Part shown: positions 1 through 12,415 of the stretch, in pieces
Layout of the letters: the number at the start of each line of letters is the position of its first letter
Position numbering within the stretch: position 1 is the first letter of the stretch
NCBI GenBank assembly: GCA_009914755.4
Contig: CP068257.2
Span: forward strand, 9,024,001-9,088,000
Reading direction: 5' to 3'
Length of the DNA stretch: 64,000 nucleotides
From: the human T2T-CHM13v2.0 reference genome, Homo sapiens
Translations under genes and position numbers: made by a program
The notes under the pieces: model-generated
What the model was told of the DNA's origin: nothing
The model's input: the letters and a program-made list of their open reading frames with translations, nothing else
The model's database searches: none

Positions 1-1224
1 ATTATGGATATCTTAATTACCTTGCAGTCACTTTGTGAAATGAATAAAATCACTCCTAATTTTGTTAATCCAATCACTTTTTGCCTTTAGACAAAAGTTG
101 TGTCCCAATGAAGACATTTTATGCAGCTACCAAGTACTATATGCTGGAGGCTGAGTTCAAAGTATAAAAACTCTCATTCTCTAATCTTGAGGAGCTAATG
201 ATCTTGTATCTATGCATGGGTGAGTGACTAAAAGAATGAACGAAATTGTGAAAAATTGAGTAATGAAGTATATACATCATGGACCCGAAGAAAGCACTAG
301 TTTAATCTCCTTGATAGGATTGAGAAAGTTTTCATATATAAGGTAGAATTTTAGCTGGAGTTTGGAAGATTGGTCAAATTTTAGTAAGAAAAGAAGAGGT
401 AAATGGTTGTAATTTAATAAAATAGGATGAGCTAGACTTGTCTGTTGTTTTGGTATGCATAGATACGGTTTAAAATCGCATGAAAACCATGCTGGTATAA
501 TGAAAGTTTTTCTGTAGGCAATGTAAGATTATGTAGAAACATTTATTAGCTTTCTCATTCAATGCTAACAGGCTAGGAGTGACAGAGGAAAAGACAAACC
601 AAAAGAGACAAAGGGGATTGTTATTCTCTAAACAAAGTTCTTGTAATTGTAATTTTTGTACTTCTAACAATGTTTTCATGTCCTCTAAATTAAGGAACCT
701 AATGTGGTACAACTGCTAGAAATTGTGTTCATTAGGAAAACCTACAATTCATTGTGGTTTAATGTGTTTTGTTTTATAATTGTTCCTAAAATAACATAAC
801 TTTTTATATATAAAAGAAACTTACATTAATAAATATCTGTCTAGTCATATTAGGAAGAATAACAAAATGGAAGATAGATTTTGGTTCAGGAAAACTGGGC
901 ACACTTGGGTTTCAATCCCAACTATTACTTCTACTTGCCATGTGACCATGTTCAAATTATTTAGGCATTTTAAGTCTTCTTTTTCTCAAGTCCAAAACTG
1001 GTTTAAAATTTTTATCTCAGATGTTGTTAAAAATTAAATGAGATAATATATGTAAAATGTTTGGAGAAAATACTACTTATTAAACTTTGTTGTGATTCAT
1101 GAGCTCATGAAAATATCTTTAAGATGGAGGGTGACTATAATTATCATATTTAGCATTATATATATTGCAATTGTATTTCCCAGTTTTAGGAGAAACTAAA
1201 GCAGACTAACATATATTGAATTTC

Positions 1225-1335
1225 ATATATATATGTGGAATATATGGATAGATAGGTTGATTTCCATATATGTGTGTATATAGAGAGAGACAGAGTGTGA
1301 GAGAGACAATGACAGAGAGAAAGAAAAACAAAAAG
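1225..1335. repeat. Compound simple repeat, (TA)n/(TG)n/(GA)n-rich
   Basis: Directly visible run atatatatatgtgg...tatgtgtgtatatagagagagacagagtgtgagagagacaatgacagagagaaagaaaaacaaaaag. It explains the 1206-1451 ORF. Confidence 0.8.
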
Positions 1336-1757
1336 TCTATAACCTGAATTCTGTTATAATTGGTATAGAGTACAAAAGACTTAAGCAATTGTACATTACT
1401 ATTTATTTCCTTCCCCTCACAAGAAAAATTAAGTAAAAAAATTATACTCACTTTAAGATCTTATACTTCAATTTTAACAACTTTTTCCTTTACCTGAGGT
1501 TATCATCTTTGAAATTCAACTTTGGGGCCCTTGTTGTCATATTTCAAACTTTGGCAACAGGCCCACAGACTTTTTCTCAACCTTAATTTATTTTATAATC
1601 TTTGTTGAAAACTTCTAGTGAATGATGCATCCAATATCATACCTCTGTTCTTGAACTTGTTTCTAATAACTATTCCTCACCATCATTTCAGATACCTATT
1701 CCAGGGACATAACTTTTTTATACTTATAATTATTTTAGCTGGAAAATCAATCATGCA

Positions 1758-1939
1758 GATATTCAATTTCTTAACTCCTTTACTTTCCACCTTATAGCTT
1801 ATTTGTTCAAATACTCCTACTCTGATTTTATCAGAAGGCTGAATTTATTAAGCCAATTAATAAAAATAAAATCAGAGTAGGAGTATTTGAACAAATAAGC
1901 TATAAGGTGGAAAGTAAAGGAGTTAAGGAATTGAATATC
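1758..1939. repeat. Near-perfect AT-rich inverted repeat (palindrome): 73-bp arms at 1758-1830 and 1867-1939 around a 36-bp asymmetric spacer
   Basis: I reverse-complemented the left arm gatattcaatttcttaactcctttactttccaccttatagcttatttgttcaaatactcctactctgatttta by hand. It matches 1867-1939 at 72 of 73 positions, with a single a/g mismatch. Arm GC is about 29 percent. Complementarity stops exactly at the arm ends. Confidence 0.9.
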
Positions 1940-2659
1940 CTCAATTTCAAAAATCCTCTTCTTAGTATGATTCTTTTTTCAGCTTATATTCCATGGCTCA
2001 TAGTTCAATAAGATTTTTTACATTATTCTAAAAGCCCATGCATTTTTTTCTTTCCATTATACTAATCTGAAGAAAAAGCTATCTGATTTCTCTCTACATA
2101 AAATATCAGGACACATTATTCCTACTACAAAATGATCATCCCAAAATTGAAATAATCCCTCATCACTTCAATTCTAGGCAAGATATCTGGTCAACTAATT
2201 TTCGTTCAATTTCAAATCTTTCAAAGATTGTTCATACACTTCAAAATCTATTTCTACATTTTCTATTAGACATGTAGTCATTTTCTCTGAATACCAAATT
2301 TATATACATAATTTTACATTTGGATGCAATCTGTTCTGTTATAATAAAGTAGCTGTTTCTTCTGCTATCTAATCTTTGTATTGAATTGCATATTTTCTTG
2401 TCTCTCAAGAAAATTATTCTATCAATTCTCTCATCTCTCTCTGTCCTTCTTTCCACCCTATTTATTTTCTTCCTTTGAAGCTTCCTGAGACATACAATCC
2501 TGTTTTACCTTCTATTTCCCCAGCATATAATAATGCTTATCAGTTACAAGTAATATACACTTCTATTTAGTAATAAATGCCAATATAAATAATTTAAAAG
2601 AAGATACTACACTGCTATAAAGTAGGCAAGTTTAATTGAATGTTAATTCTGCCTTTTAA

Positions 2660-2810
2660 GAGACTCATGTATGTGTTCATTAAGCATCAATTATTGTGAA
2701 CATTACGCAGATTTAGGATTGCTTTAAGAATTCTATTTTAAAATTGTTATTGTGGTTAAATACATATAGAATAAAATTTTCTATTTTACCTTCCTCTCAA
2801 TGCATAATTC
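2660..2810. repeat. Local paralogous segment whose inverted copy lies at 3865-3940 plus 4241-4323, interrupted there by an Alu. A separate 49-bp direct paralog pair lies at 2295-2343 and 3767-3815.
   Basis: The reverse complement of 2660-2740 matches 4244-4323 at about 75 of 80 positions. Homology continues on the other side of the Alu: the reverse complement of 2741-2805 matches 3869-3940. The direct 49-bp pair caaatttatatacata..tacatttggatgcaatctgt.ctgttata matches at about 45 of 49. Confidence 0.7.
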
Positions 2811-3942
2811 AGAAGCATGAGTTGCATTTACAATGTTGTGAAACCATAATCATTACCTATTTTTAAAACTTTTTCATCACCCAAATAGAACTTCATAACA
2901 AACAATAACTTTCCATTCTATCTTCCCTCAGCCCCTGAGAACCTCTAATCTCTTTCTTTCTCTGTAATTTTACTTGTTCTAGATATTTTATACAAGTGTG
3001 TCAGAAAATATTTGTCCTTTTATGTCTGGCTTTTTTCATTTGGTATAATGTTTTCTAGTTTATATCTGTTATGGCAATACATCAGAATTTCATTCCATTT
3101 TCTGGCTGAATAATATTCTACTATATGTATACATCACCTTTTGTCCATTCATTCATTTGTTGATGAACACCTGGATTGTTTTCATCTTTTGGCTCTGTGA
3201 ATAATGCCACAATAAGCAGTGACATACAAGTAGGTGAAACTTTGTTTCCAGTTTTGGGGGGTATATAACAAAGCCCAAAATTGCTTGGGTTATGTGGTAA
3301 TTCTATGTGTAGCTTTCTGAGAGACCATAAAACTCTTTTCAACAGTGACTGCAACATTTTACATTTCTGCCAGCAAGGTGCAATTGTTCTAATTCCTCCA
3401 CATCTTTGCCAACTCTCGTTATTTTCTTTTATTTTATTATAGCTATCCTAGTAGGTATAAAGTAGTATCTTATGGTTTAGATTTCCCTAAAGACTAATAA
3501 TATTGGACATGTTTGTATGTGCTTATTTGTATATCTTCTTTGTATAGATGTTTATCAAGTCCTTGGGTCATTTTATAAATTGGGTCATATGTTATTTTGT
3601 TGAGTTTTAGGAGTTCTTTATGTCTCAGGTATTTAGTTTCCATAAGATATGTGTTTTAGAGATATTTTATCCCAATCTGTACCTTTACTTTTTCACTTTC
3701 TTGATCATATCCTTTAATAAATAAAGTATTTTAATTTTGTAAAGTCAAATATATATATTTGACTTTCAAATTTATATACATACTTCTACATTTGGATGCA
3801 ATCTGTCCTGTTATACATTGCTTTTGTATTATACATGGCTGCTGTATTATGCATGCTTGTGTATTGTACATTGAGAAGAAGGTAAAATAGGAAATTTTAT
3901 TTTATACATATTTAACCACAACAACAATTTAAAAAAGAGAAT

Positions 3943-4240
<298 letters not shown>

Positions 4241-4332
4241 TAAAAAATAGAATTCTTAAAGAAATCCTAAATCTGTGTAAAGTTCACAATAATTGATGCT
4301 TAATGAACAGGTACATGAGTCTCTTGAAAGTC

Positions 4333-4392
4333 AAATATACATATATATGTATATATACATATATATATGTGTATATATATATAGTTATATAG
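4333..4392. repeat. (TA)n/(CA)n-type simple repeat
   Basis: acatatatatgtatatatacatatatatatgtgtatatatatatagttatatagtta. Confidence 0.8.
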
Positions 4393-7300
4393 TTACTCAT
4401 GCTTTGGTGTCATATGTAAAAATCCATTGACAAATCTAAGGCCCAGAATATTTATGCCTATGTCTTCTAAAAGTTTTTCGATGTTAACTCTTACATTTAT
4501 GTCATTGATTCATTTTGAGTTAATGTTTTATATGGTGTGAAGTAGGGGACCAGCTTCATTCTTCTCAATGTGGAAGTCCAGTTGGCCCATCACCTTTTGA
4601 TGAAGATGCTGCTTTTCTATTATAGACTTGTCACCCTTTTCAGAAATCAGCTGCTAATAGACACATAAATTTATTTCTGACTCTCAAATATTGAATTGAT
4701 CTATATAACTATCCTTATACCAATCCCAAATGTTTTTTATTAGGGCTTCTTTGTAATAATTTTTAAAATTTAGAAATTGTGAGCCCTCTAAATTTGTTCT
4801 TTCTCAAAATTATTTTGACCATTTGGATCCCCTTGCAATTTCACATAACTTAAGGATCAGCTTTCTGCATTTCTGCAAAAAAAAAAAGGCAGTTGCAATT
4901 TTGATATGGATTGGCTTGAATTTGTAGATAACTCTATGTGGTACTGATGTCTTAAAATATTAAGTCTTCGACCCCATGAGCATGGCTGCCTTTCCATTTA
5001 AATAAGTGTTTAGTTTTTTTCATCTGTGCTTTATATTTTTCAGTGTATATTAAAATGTTTGTTAATCTATTTAACTTTCTTGGTTAAATTTGTTCTAAAG
5101 TATTTTTATGTTTTGAATGATATTGTAAAGTGAATTACTATTTAAATTTCGTTTGCAAACTGTTCATTGCAAATGTGTAGAAATACATTCAATTTTTGTA
5201 TGTTGATTTTGCACGTGGCAATTGGGCTGAATTTGTTTCTTAGTAACTTTCTTGTGGATTTTGAGAGATGTTTCTACATATAAGAACATGTCATATGTGA
5301 ATAGATATATCTTTATTTTTTTCCTTTTAAATTGGGGGACCTTTTATTTATTGTCCTTGCCTACTTGCTCTGTCTAGAACTTCCAATATAATGTGGAATA
5401 GCAATGATGAAAGTGGGAATCTTTGTCTTATTTCTATCTTAGTGAGAGGCTTTCATTTTGACTTTGTATACAATATACGGAGGGGAAAAAAAAGGAAAAA
5501 TTGTGCTTCTTAAAATGTCTTAAAACAAATTTGTTAAATATTTTATTACTGATTATTTTTAAATGATGTATATCCTAAAAAATCAGGAACCACGTATTAA
5601 AATGTTTAAAATGTTAAAATATTAGAACAATTGCCTAGGACCAAATTTACCCAACATCAAAAGCTTATAAAAGCTCTTCATTTTATAACTTTCAGGAGGA
5701 TCTCATATATCTGAGTGGAAACACTTACATTAATTGTAATACAACGTTAGTTGTAAGTATTTTCAAGTGTTTAGCAATTATTGCTGTTAGTAGATATTAA
5801 CAAATATTTCAAATTTTTTTGCTTTATTGCTGAGTGAATAATCATGTATAAAGTTATCCTCACTTCATTGTTAAAGATTAAAATATTATCTAGGCTTTTA
5901 TAAAGCACATTAAGATTGCATGCAATGCACTAAATTAACAAAATATTATTTTTAAGAAATAAAAATAAGGTAAAATGATAATGTAATAAGTATATCTTAG
6001 AGAGTCAGTTGCTTTTATACAAACAACAATAATGAGCATAGCTGAATGTGCTGATTCTCTGAATCCATGATAAAAATATCTTATCCGTGGATAACAATCC
6101 ATGATTCTCTGAATTCACAATGAAAAAACATTTTATTAACCTTTAAACTACAAAATAAATAAGGAAAAAGTGAAAACTTTAGAGATTTTAGATAATTAAA
6201 ATAATTGAAGTCTCAAATTCACTAAGCAGTCTTAGGCATTAAAAAAACAATGGCATGATACTTTCAAGTAGATCAACAAAAGTAAACAAAAAAATAACCT
6301 GGGGTTTGGGGATTCACTTGTGGTTGTAATAGATAAATTAAAATATCAAAGCTAGTTTTTTTCTCATTCAGAGTTGCAAATATTAAAATAACCAAAACAT
6401 TATAATAACCAATATGTTAATTAAATATATCTGTGATTATATAAAACTTGTTTCTATTTGAAAATATTGCTGAAAGTGCACGCATTATTTGTCAACAATT
6501 TATTTCTCAAATTAGAATAGTTGTATTACATTCTGAACAATTTATATGCTTTAAATGTAAATAATCTAATTGTGGTTTAATTTTCAAAATTGCCTCTATG
6601 TAAAATTCCAAAGTTGCTTATTTTCTCCTTCAACAAAATGATGTGAAGTATTAGTTCACTTAATATAATGAAAGTAAAGAACATTGTTCACAAGTTGATT
6701 GTGGAAGAAAAACACATAGGCAGCTCTCCATGTCATTGGTCAATACCATATTTTCTTAAAAGATCAGAGTCTGGAAGTATAGATGTAAAGTTGATTTCAA
6801 TACTTCTTGTCTTAAAATCCAGGCTATCTTAGTCACCCACTGGAACTTTCCACCTGGGACATATATATAAATGGATCAGAGTTCTGTTGGCTGATGTAAT
6901 TTAATCAAATTCTGCACATTTGCAACTGGCTTTATACTAAGCTGTTTGATTTGTCCTTCTTGAATATATTATAGATTATTAAATCTATTTAACATCTAAT
7001 GTCAACAAGTTTTACAAATAATTCTGTATCACTTTACTCATCGAATCTAAATGTTCCTCCCATTAGAAACTTAAATAAAAATATTCCAGTGTGCAGCTTT
7101 AACTAGAAACTTCATCAAATATCTGATATTCACAGACAAAAAGCTGCATTGGGAACAACATAGATTTTATTCCTTATAACAGATACAAGATCCTTGAGAA
7201 TAAAAATTTTATAAGAGAATAATTTAACATATATTATTACCATAACAAGACAACCCCTTATTAAGATTTAAAGAATGTCAAAGGAAGCGGGATTCTTTCA

Positions 7301-10238
7301 TTTACATTATATTGCTTAATAATTCTACAAAATAGAACATTGTATGGTCCCAGAGGTACAGTAAGAGATTTGAATATAAACTTAGACAAAACTTCTAGAT
7401 ATAGATAAATTTATTTAATTCTCATAAAATTACCAACGAAGAACTAATCCATTACGTGACTCACTGAAATCTTTATAAATTAACATTTTTGGTATGTGAG
7501 TGTTATTTCATATGCCAAAAAATATCCTTTACAATTAATGGCACTGTTTAATACAGTAATTTCAAAAATTGATTCTCACTTATTACAATTATATTAATAA
7601 CACTCATGGTAATACTATGATCATAATCATGGTAAAATACTAATTGAGAACTGTAAGTTCTAGGCCCTGTATTACATACTTTACACATTTTCTCATATGA
7701 TTCTTAAAAAACCTGAAGTGGTAGCTATTATTATGAGCATGTTTTACATATAATCACATAGGCTAAGGTTGTTAAATATATTTTTTAAGGTAACAAAGCT
7801 ACTAAGTGTTGAGCAGAGATTCAAACATCAGTCTGACCCAATAAATTGCATAAGAAATACAAGTGACAAGGAACTAATATCCATATGTGTTTCAAAATGC
7901 AAGCCACAACCTACTAATAGTTCATGAACTCAACTAAGGCTCTTCATCAGTATTCTTTACCATAATAAAATTTAATAAGTTATAAATATTAGACCATATC
8001 ATAATAGTAAGGATATAATTGATTCATGAATTTATTTTCAGATATATTCTATTGATGAATTAACACAAAACCAGAGTTAAACATTTTTACAATGCTGAGT
8101 TCTATTAACTCCATGAAAGAGTACATGCACCATTTAAAAAATTACCAAGTCATCTGCAGAAGGCAAAAAGTCAGTTTTTAAGTGCTAGAAAGTGAGAGTT
8201 CATGAATGCTGTGCTTATTAAGCATTAAAAATTAGTATCCTGGAGAGGATAGAAATCAAATGACCAGCATATAGTTGGATAAAATGAATTTCACTCTTCA
8301 TTGATAAGGAAAAAGTCTTCACTTTGTGTCCAGTAAGGGTTTGTAATCTTGGTGATATTCAACAGTCATGGTCCTTTACAAGCTTTGATTGATTAATTAC
8401 AGCAGTGATAAACACAATAATCATTTTTGATATTTTATAGGGAATTGCCACTATAGGTTGTATGTTCAAAGTAAGCAACAATTTTCTTATGGTCCTTTCC
8501 TTAATCTCTATTGTAGAGTAATGATACAAGGAACGATATATGGTCAGATATTTTTGGTCAATACTTACATCTTGGGTTTAGATTTTTAGTGGATATGTTT
8601 TGTTTATCCATATACCTTCAATTTCACTTTAATGCATGATCCATAAAATAGTTACTCTACTAAAACTGTTAATAATACCCTGATCACAGCAACAATTAAT
8701 CATATTCTTTCATTTGTACATGGCCAAATCATTAAAAAAAGATCCTGTGGGCAGGTGTGTCACATTTTGGAAAACCAATTGGCTTCCTTATCAATTTTAC
8801 ATAGAGTCTTCTTAACCTACAATCAAGGATTTCAAAGGATTAAATATTTAATCTACTTACAAGTTAACAAGTCAGCTTGCCATGATTTCATGGACAATGG
8901 GAGAAGATAAAATATTTCTAGGTGAGAGACAAAGGACATTATTACTGATAATGCTGCAAAAGCAGTGAAAGCATATGTACATTCCTGTCACCTTCCCTTG
9001 TCCCAGAGTCCAATGGGGAGAAACATATGGGCTCAGGCAGAAGCCAGTACACACAGTGAGTTGTGTTCAGAGAGAAGTTGAGCTTTAGGGAATGTGGATC
9101 TCTTATAATGGGTAGGAAGCATATCTACCCTTCACTCTGGAAGGAGACATCCCTTCTATTTTCTAAGGCTCTTAATTTGAGACGAACAGCAACATGCAAC
9201 ATACATGAAAAATTTCCTCTCAACACTTACCTTGGAGCATTTATCCAAATAAAAACAGGAGACTAAATAGTATAGAAAATATTGTGATAAGTAAATTCTG
9301 TTTTGGAATTGTGAATAAAGTGATTCTGTTGTTCAGTACTCTTGCAAGAAAAATGTGCAAGAAATTTTGTTGAACCTGTACCTCAGGGACAACATATGGC
9401 TTCCTTTGCTATGATTGCTTCTGTCATAGAGCTTCAATGCAGTATTCAAATATAGGAGTATCAAGGCCAATAAAGAAAACTTCTCAGGAATCAGAGGATA
9501 AAAATATTTCTGATACAGCCTGAAAGTTTTATACTTCAACAGGCATGTTTATAGATCATGTGAAATACTACCATTATAGACTTACAAAAATCTCAACAGA
9601 GCATATAAACTCTTTTAAGATAGTAGACTTATTTATCTCCACAATCAATATTGTGATACAATATATCTTGGTGCATACATATGCAAGTTACAAAGAGCAC
9701 AATCTATAGTTTTTGTAGTTATCTGAGGAAATTGAGAGTTGTTTTAACCAAATAATTCTAAATTCACAGCAGGACAAGTATAACTAGTTCAAACAGTTCA
9801 AGGACTTTTTTTCTTAATCAGTTGAGTGCAAATATGTTGTTAGTGATTTCCTGTGATATGGAACCATTGTCAATATTTTAAGCTATCTGGCTTTATAGAA
9901 AGAATATTATATTTTATAACTATGATATTCATGTCATATAAGAAAAATAAGGTAATAACAGTCATACGCTTTAAAATGATGCTTATTTTAACTAAAGATT
10001 TTTTTAGCTAAAAACATTGGTTGCTGAAAAGTTTGAGCCTGGAAGAAGTAATTACCAATGTTACTAATGTTGGGCTGATGAGAAAATAAACTTCTCTGGA
10101 TGAACCTTATGAAAACTGTAGTTGTAGTAATCTTAGCAGAATATTACAATAATAGACAAAGTATGACAAACTGAACAGCTTAACTTGTGTAGCAAATTAT
10201 ACCTGCTTTGAATCAAAAAAATTATTTGTTTTTTTAAA

Positions 10239-10973
10239 CACCTTTATTGAGGTGTAACTGATATACAAAAGCCTTCACATATTCAGTGTATACAACTTGA
10301 TGAGTTTGAAAATATGCATACACCTGAGAAACCATCAGCACAATCGAAGTAATCTCTGAGAGGTAGCAGCTCTCCCATGTATACTACAGCATTATTTATA
10401 ATGGTCAAAATATAGAAACAACCTAAACGTCCACTGACAAAAAAGAAGATAAAGAAGATGTGATATGTCACCGAACAATGGAATATTGTTCAGTATTTAA
10501 AAAGATGAAAATGTTATCTTTTGTGAAAACATGGAGGAAAGTAGAGAACATTATGAAAAGTGAAATAAGCCAGTCAGAGAAAGACATATGTTGCATGATT
10601 CCGTCTATACAGGATATCTAAAATAGTCAAACTCATAGAAGCAGAGAGTAGAATGGTGGCTGCCAGGGAATGGGTGAATAGGGAAATGGAGACTTGTTGC
10701 TCAATTGATATAAAGTTTTGGTTACCCAAGATGAAAAAGTTTTAGAGATCTGCTGTACAACATTATATTTATAGTTAATAATATAACATTTAGCACTCCA
10801 AAGTTGAAGATGATAGATTTCATTTTATGTGCTTTCACCACGCCCACACACACTCACTCAGACGTGTGAGCATGCAGCATGCAAACACAAAAGACAGTAA
10901 TTCATCAAAATGTATACATTAAAATGTGCAGTTATTTTTTATATCAATTATACCTCAATAAAGCCTTAAAAAG
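10239..10973 (+). mobile_element. LINE-1 3'-end fragment (older L1M/L1P-like; end of ORF2 plus 3'UTR)
   Basis: Recognisable L1 3'-terminal motifs are present: ttattgaggtgtaactgatatacaaa..., gtgaaataagccagtcagagaaagacatatgttgcatgattc, tcaaactcatagaagcagagagtagaatggtggctgccagggaatgggtgaatagggaaatggagac, and the terminal tacctcaataaagcc. The copy is diverged from young L1 consensus. Confidence 0.6.
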
Positions 10974-11249
10974 AACAAGATAACATTAGATACCAGAAAT
11001 TGTAAGAAAGTTTTTTTTGCAATATTTCTTTAGCCTCATCCAATTCGCAGCAAATTTGAAGTGACAATTATTTCATGAAAAATAATCGTTTTTTTAAGAT
11101 TTACTTTGATTAGTTATATTTATAGAAATTTAATACCTTTTTACAACTATAGAACAATTTTTAGTCACTGAATGACTTGCCTTTTTTATTATCTCCTAAC
11201 TAAGAGATAAGTAACCAAAGTGTTAACCTTTAATGCAGCTAAAGTTTCC

Positions 11250-11286
11250 TTTTTTTTTTAAAAAAAATATATATATATATATATAT
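11250..11286. repeat. T10 A8 (TA)10 homopolymer plus dinucleotide tract
   Basis: ttttttttttaaaaaaaatatatatatatatatatat. Confidence 0.85.
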
Positions 11287-11821
11287 TGTTTCCATAATAA
11301 AAGACACAACCAGGCAGTTATTCTTAGAAGAAGCCAGCTAGACATTTTAAGAATTAGTAATTAATTTTAAAAAATCCTTGTGAACTTTGTGCTATTTTAA
11401 AATTATGTATTTATAAGTTACAGTAAACCAATTAGCATTAGAGTTACCATGAAATTTAAGAGGCTTTGTAATCAGCTTCATTGTTTTTTTTCTACTTAGT
11501 TTTATGTAGACCTGGGCTAGATATTCCTGGACTCTGCATATATAATGACAGACTTTAAAAGCAACTTAAAAGGCCGACTGTTGTCAAGTTAAAAAGTCCC
11601 CACAGGAGAGTGAGGGTACAGGGTAATAACGGTTTGACACTGTAGTTCCTATGTTAACCACATAACAGACCGAAATGTTATCCGTGACAGCTAAAAGACA
11701 GATCAGGAAAGCACCAGAAAAGAGAGCAACTGATTCTCTTTTCCCAAGCAATCACCGAAAAATAAGAAACAAAATAAGACTGAAAGCTCAGTGACAGATG
11801 ACTGATGGTCAAAACCATATT

Positions 11822-12136
<315 letters not shown>

Positions 12137-12374
12137 TCAGAGCTACAGTTCCTCAAACCGTCCCGGTAAATGTAACAAATTTAAGGGGGTCTCCAAGAAG
12201 AATCAAATCTTAGTTAGTCACCACTGCAATTGTACCTGAGGACCAAAAGGCACAGGTAAGAATTGTTTTCTGTCTTAAGGCTGGCAACACCAGCACCACT
12301 AAGTGAGGCCGACAAGGCAATTTTGGTGGATCTCCTAAAATGTCTGATAAAATAAGACCAGGGCTAAGTACTAC

Positions 12375-12415
12375 TATGACTACGACTACGACTACGACTA
12401 TGACTACGACTAATC
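12375..12415. repeat. Hexanucleotide microsatellite (GACTAC)n, about 7-8 units with T/C variants
   Basis: ctactatgactacgactacgactacgactatgactacgactaatc. Confidence 0.85.

Noticed and set aside
6052-6130. Possible 52-bp-period duplication (tgattctctgaatccatgataaaaata / tgattctctgaattcacaatgaaaaaaca)
   Set aside because: Only about 27 bp is shared with several mismatches. It is too short and weak to call beyond chance or local slippage.
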